Shown: positions 34,548 through 35,194 of the stretch, one piece after another
How the letters are laid out: each line of letters begins with the position of its first letter
Position numbering within the stretch: the stretch's first letter is position 1
From: Chiloscyllium plagiosum
Taxonomy: Eukaryota
Length of the DNA stretch: 35,194 bases
Assembly (NCBI RefSeq): GCF_004010195.1
Contig: NC_057718.1
Coordinates: forward strand, 105,005,983 to 105,041,176
Direction: 5' to 3'
Notes under the pieces: model-generated
What the model saw: the letters and a program-made list of their open reading frames with translations, nothing else
Told to the model about the DNA's origin: nothing
The model's database searches: none
Program-made: the position numbers and the translations under genes

Positions 34548-34618
34548 TTTGAAGAGCCAATCTGTGGGAATAAACATCCCGATTTTACAACATTTATAGT
34601 TCCTGGGACGATCTTAAG
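34548..34618 (+). CDS. abch1: ABCH-like transporter, exon K (end of extracellular domain, start of TM2)
   Basis: gttgtag| ... |gtgaag. 71 nt, phase 0/2. FEEPICGNKHPDFTTFIVPGTIL(S/R), matching the F.EP.YG....F..F..PG motif before TM2 in ABC2/ABCH proteins. Confidence 0.9.
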
Positions 34619-34992
34619 GTGAAGTATAAAATAGATCTTGTTAATACAACCCAATTTACGACGAAAGTTACATTTCTGCAAGAGAACACCTGAATATTCC
34701 CACACTGTCTAACACTCCGACAGTCAACAACTTTTCATAACCTCACAACAAATCAATGGGGTATGAATTCAATCAATTAATAAATAATAATTTCCTTGAT
34801 CTAGTAGCTCACTGAATCAGTTTACGACCTGAATACTTCACTCCAGAACAAGGGTGTTGTATTTGGGAAGAGATTACAATCTTTCGCTTCTGCGTTGTCA
34901 TTTCCTGATTTTTGATATTTTATGGATTTGCAGTTTCTGAAACTGAAATACCCCAGATACCCCATTACCAATACCCCTTCAATATCCATCTC

Positions 34993-35194
34993 TGATCCCC
35001 CCGTGATCCTCCTGTGATCCCCCTGTGATCCCCCTTGTGATCCCCTTGTGATCCCCCTGTGATCCCCCTGTGATCTCCTTGTGATCCCCCTGTGATCTCC
35101 CTATGATCTCGGTGTGATCTCCCTGTGATCTCCCTGTGATCCCTCTGTGATCCCTCTGTGATCCCCCCGTGAGCCCCCCCGTGATCCCCCGTGC
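34993..35194. repeat. 11-12 bp minisatellite (GTGATCCCCCT and variants)
   Basis: Directly visible. Runs to the window end. Confidence 0.95.

Noticed and set aside
1158..34618. Calling the gene ABCG or ABCA
   Set aside because: NBD-before-TMD order with TM1 following the linker argues against ABCA. The DEPTVGVDP and TTHYIEEA motifs and the large loop after TM1 are unlike vertebrate ABCG. A phylogeny is still needed for certainty.

Overview
Eukaryotic, repeat-rich genomic DNA with four assembly gaps. The repeat families (CR1-type LINEs, an HE1/V-SINE-like SINE, Penelope-like elements) look chondrichthyan (shark); this is inferred, not proven. The whole window lies inside one + strand multi-exon gene that the ORF track largely misses. 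I traced 11 internal GT-AG exons (1158-34618, 1050 nt, about 350 aa) that splice into one phase-consistent open frame. They encode the ABC signature, Walker B, D-loop and H-loop, a linker, TM1 and a large extracellular loop of an NBD-TMD half-transporter best matching the ABCH subfamily (abch1-like). Start and stop codons lie outside the window. The introns hold LINE, SINE and Penelope-like fragments plus micro- and minisatellites. The most notable non-genic signal is about ten short (roughly 90-130 bp) insertions from two families carrying minimal type I hammerhead ribozyme motifs (CUGAnGA-stem II-GAAA-palindromic stem III). Six of them have visible 8-16 bp target-site duplications, and several intact cores lie in the sense strand of the pre-mRNA.
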